Positions 63,639 to 64,000 of a stretch of DNA of 64,000 nucleotides are shown here, in pieces. Location: NCBI GenBank assembly GCA_017415025.1, contig JAFQJH010000009.1:23570-87569 (forward strand), given 5' to 3'. The notes below the pieces were generated by a model. The model made no database searches. It saw only the letters and a list, made by a program, of their open reading frames with translations, and had not been told where the DNA came from. Made by a program: the position numbers and the translations under genes. Origin of the DNA: Clostridia bacterium (lineage in GTDB: Bacteria > Bacillota > Clostridia > Oscillospirales > Acutalibacteraceae). Position 1 is the stretch's first letter; every line of letters begins with the position of its first letter.

Positions 63639-64000
63639 TTAATTACCTGCCGCATAAGAAAAGGCGAGCTGTTCAGGCTTGCTTTCTTCAGAGGCTATTA
63701 TCTTATCGGGACCAAAAGGTAAGTCTTCATCATCAGAATCTTCATCCTCGTCGGTTGGTAAGTTCTTATTAAATGTTTCTTTTGAAATACAGATAAGTCT
63801 CTTTGGTGTGCCGAACACTCTGACATTTTTTGTACATTCTCCCTTTGAACAGATACTGACACCTTCATTCTTCAGAGCTTTGATTAATGCCTTCTGCGTC
63901 AAAGGAAAATGCTCACCGACATCATAACAGGATTTTATGACTGCCGCATAAGCCGCATCAGATTCAAAGTAAAAGTTTTCATCGTCATAATATCCGACAA
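63639..64000 (-). CDS. Element-borne hypothetical protein (C-terminal part; gene runs off the right edge)
   Basis: The frame of ORF 63639..63902 stays open upstream to position 64000 (...VGYYDDENFYFESDAAYAAVIKSCYDVGEHFPLTQKALIK...), so the annotated TTG start is probably internal. Confidence 0.5.
   Translation of the reverse strand, partial: VGYYDDENFYFESDAAYAAVIKSCYDVGEHFPLTQKALIKALKNEGVSICSKGECTKNVRVFGTPKRLICISKETFNKNLPTDEDEDSDDEDLPFGPDKIIASEESKPEQLAFSYAAGN

Larger units (their letters stand above)
58896..64000 (-). mobile_element. Integrative mobilizable element (partial; continues past the right edge)
   Basis: Tyrosine integrase, excisionase-type HTH, ParB-like nuclease-domain protein, MOB relaxase and MobC lie directly downstream of tRNA-Trp. 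GC content is visibly lower than in the flanking core. Confidence 0.8.

Overview
This window looks like an origin-proximal chromosomal segment of a Firmicutes/Clostridia genome, probably Oscillospiraceae/Ruminococcaceae-like. That guess rests on gene content and codon style only; no search was run.

**Core genes recognisable from the translations**
- Replication and partition: ychF, SRP RNA, dnaX-ybaB-recR, a DnaA-box/AT-rich oriC-like region, dnaN-yaaA-recF-remB, serS, parB-parA, a noc-like gene, rsmG-mnmG-mnmE.
- Cell shape and wall: mreB-mreC-mreD-mrdA with a MinD-like ATPase, and a RodA/PBP pair.
- Other housekeeping: galM, cdd, deoC, clpX-clpP-tig, thrC, rnhB, an AcnX pair, and four tRNAs.

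**Main second-look items**
1. At 1-5640 on the minus strand lies a candidate surface-fibre system that I cannot assign to a characterised family. It encodes a degenerate stand-alone EAL protein, three paralogous proteins with TasA/camelysin-style (SipW-cognate-like) N-termini and a shared C-terminal W(M/L)EGxDxxC motif, a SipW-type signal peptidase, and a membrane-anchored McrB-like AAA+ ATPase.
2. A modular intergenic repeat family occurs in four large copies plus one fragment. It is built from GTAG-headed palindromic units (REP/BIME-like) and strings of mini-hairpins. It generates several spurious ORFs in the supplied track.
3. A DnaA-box cluster with an AT-rich tract sits directly upstream of dnaN, but dnaA is missing and the usual origin synteny is broken. 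Three perfect parS sites are present.
4. A promoter-to-terminator, rod-like structured RNA candidate lies at about 35.3-35.6 kb.
5. An integrative mobilizable element (integrase, excisionase, ParB-like, relaxase, MobC, candidate oriT) sits next to tRNA-Trp and runs off the right edge.

No rRNA genes and no CRISPR array were seen. All assignments come from reading the translations and the sequence by eye. No database search or folding program was run.
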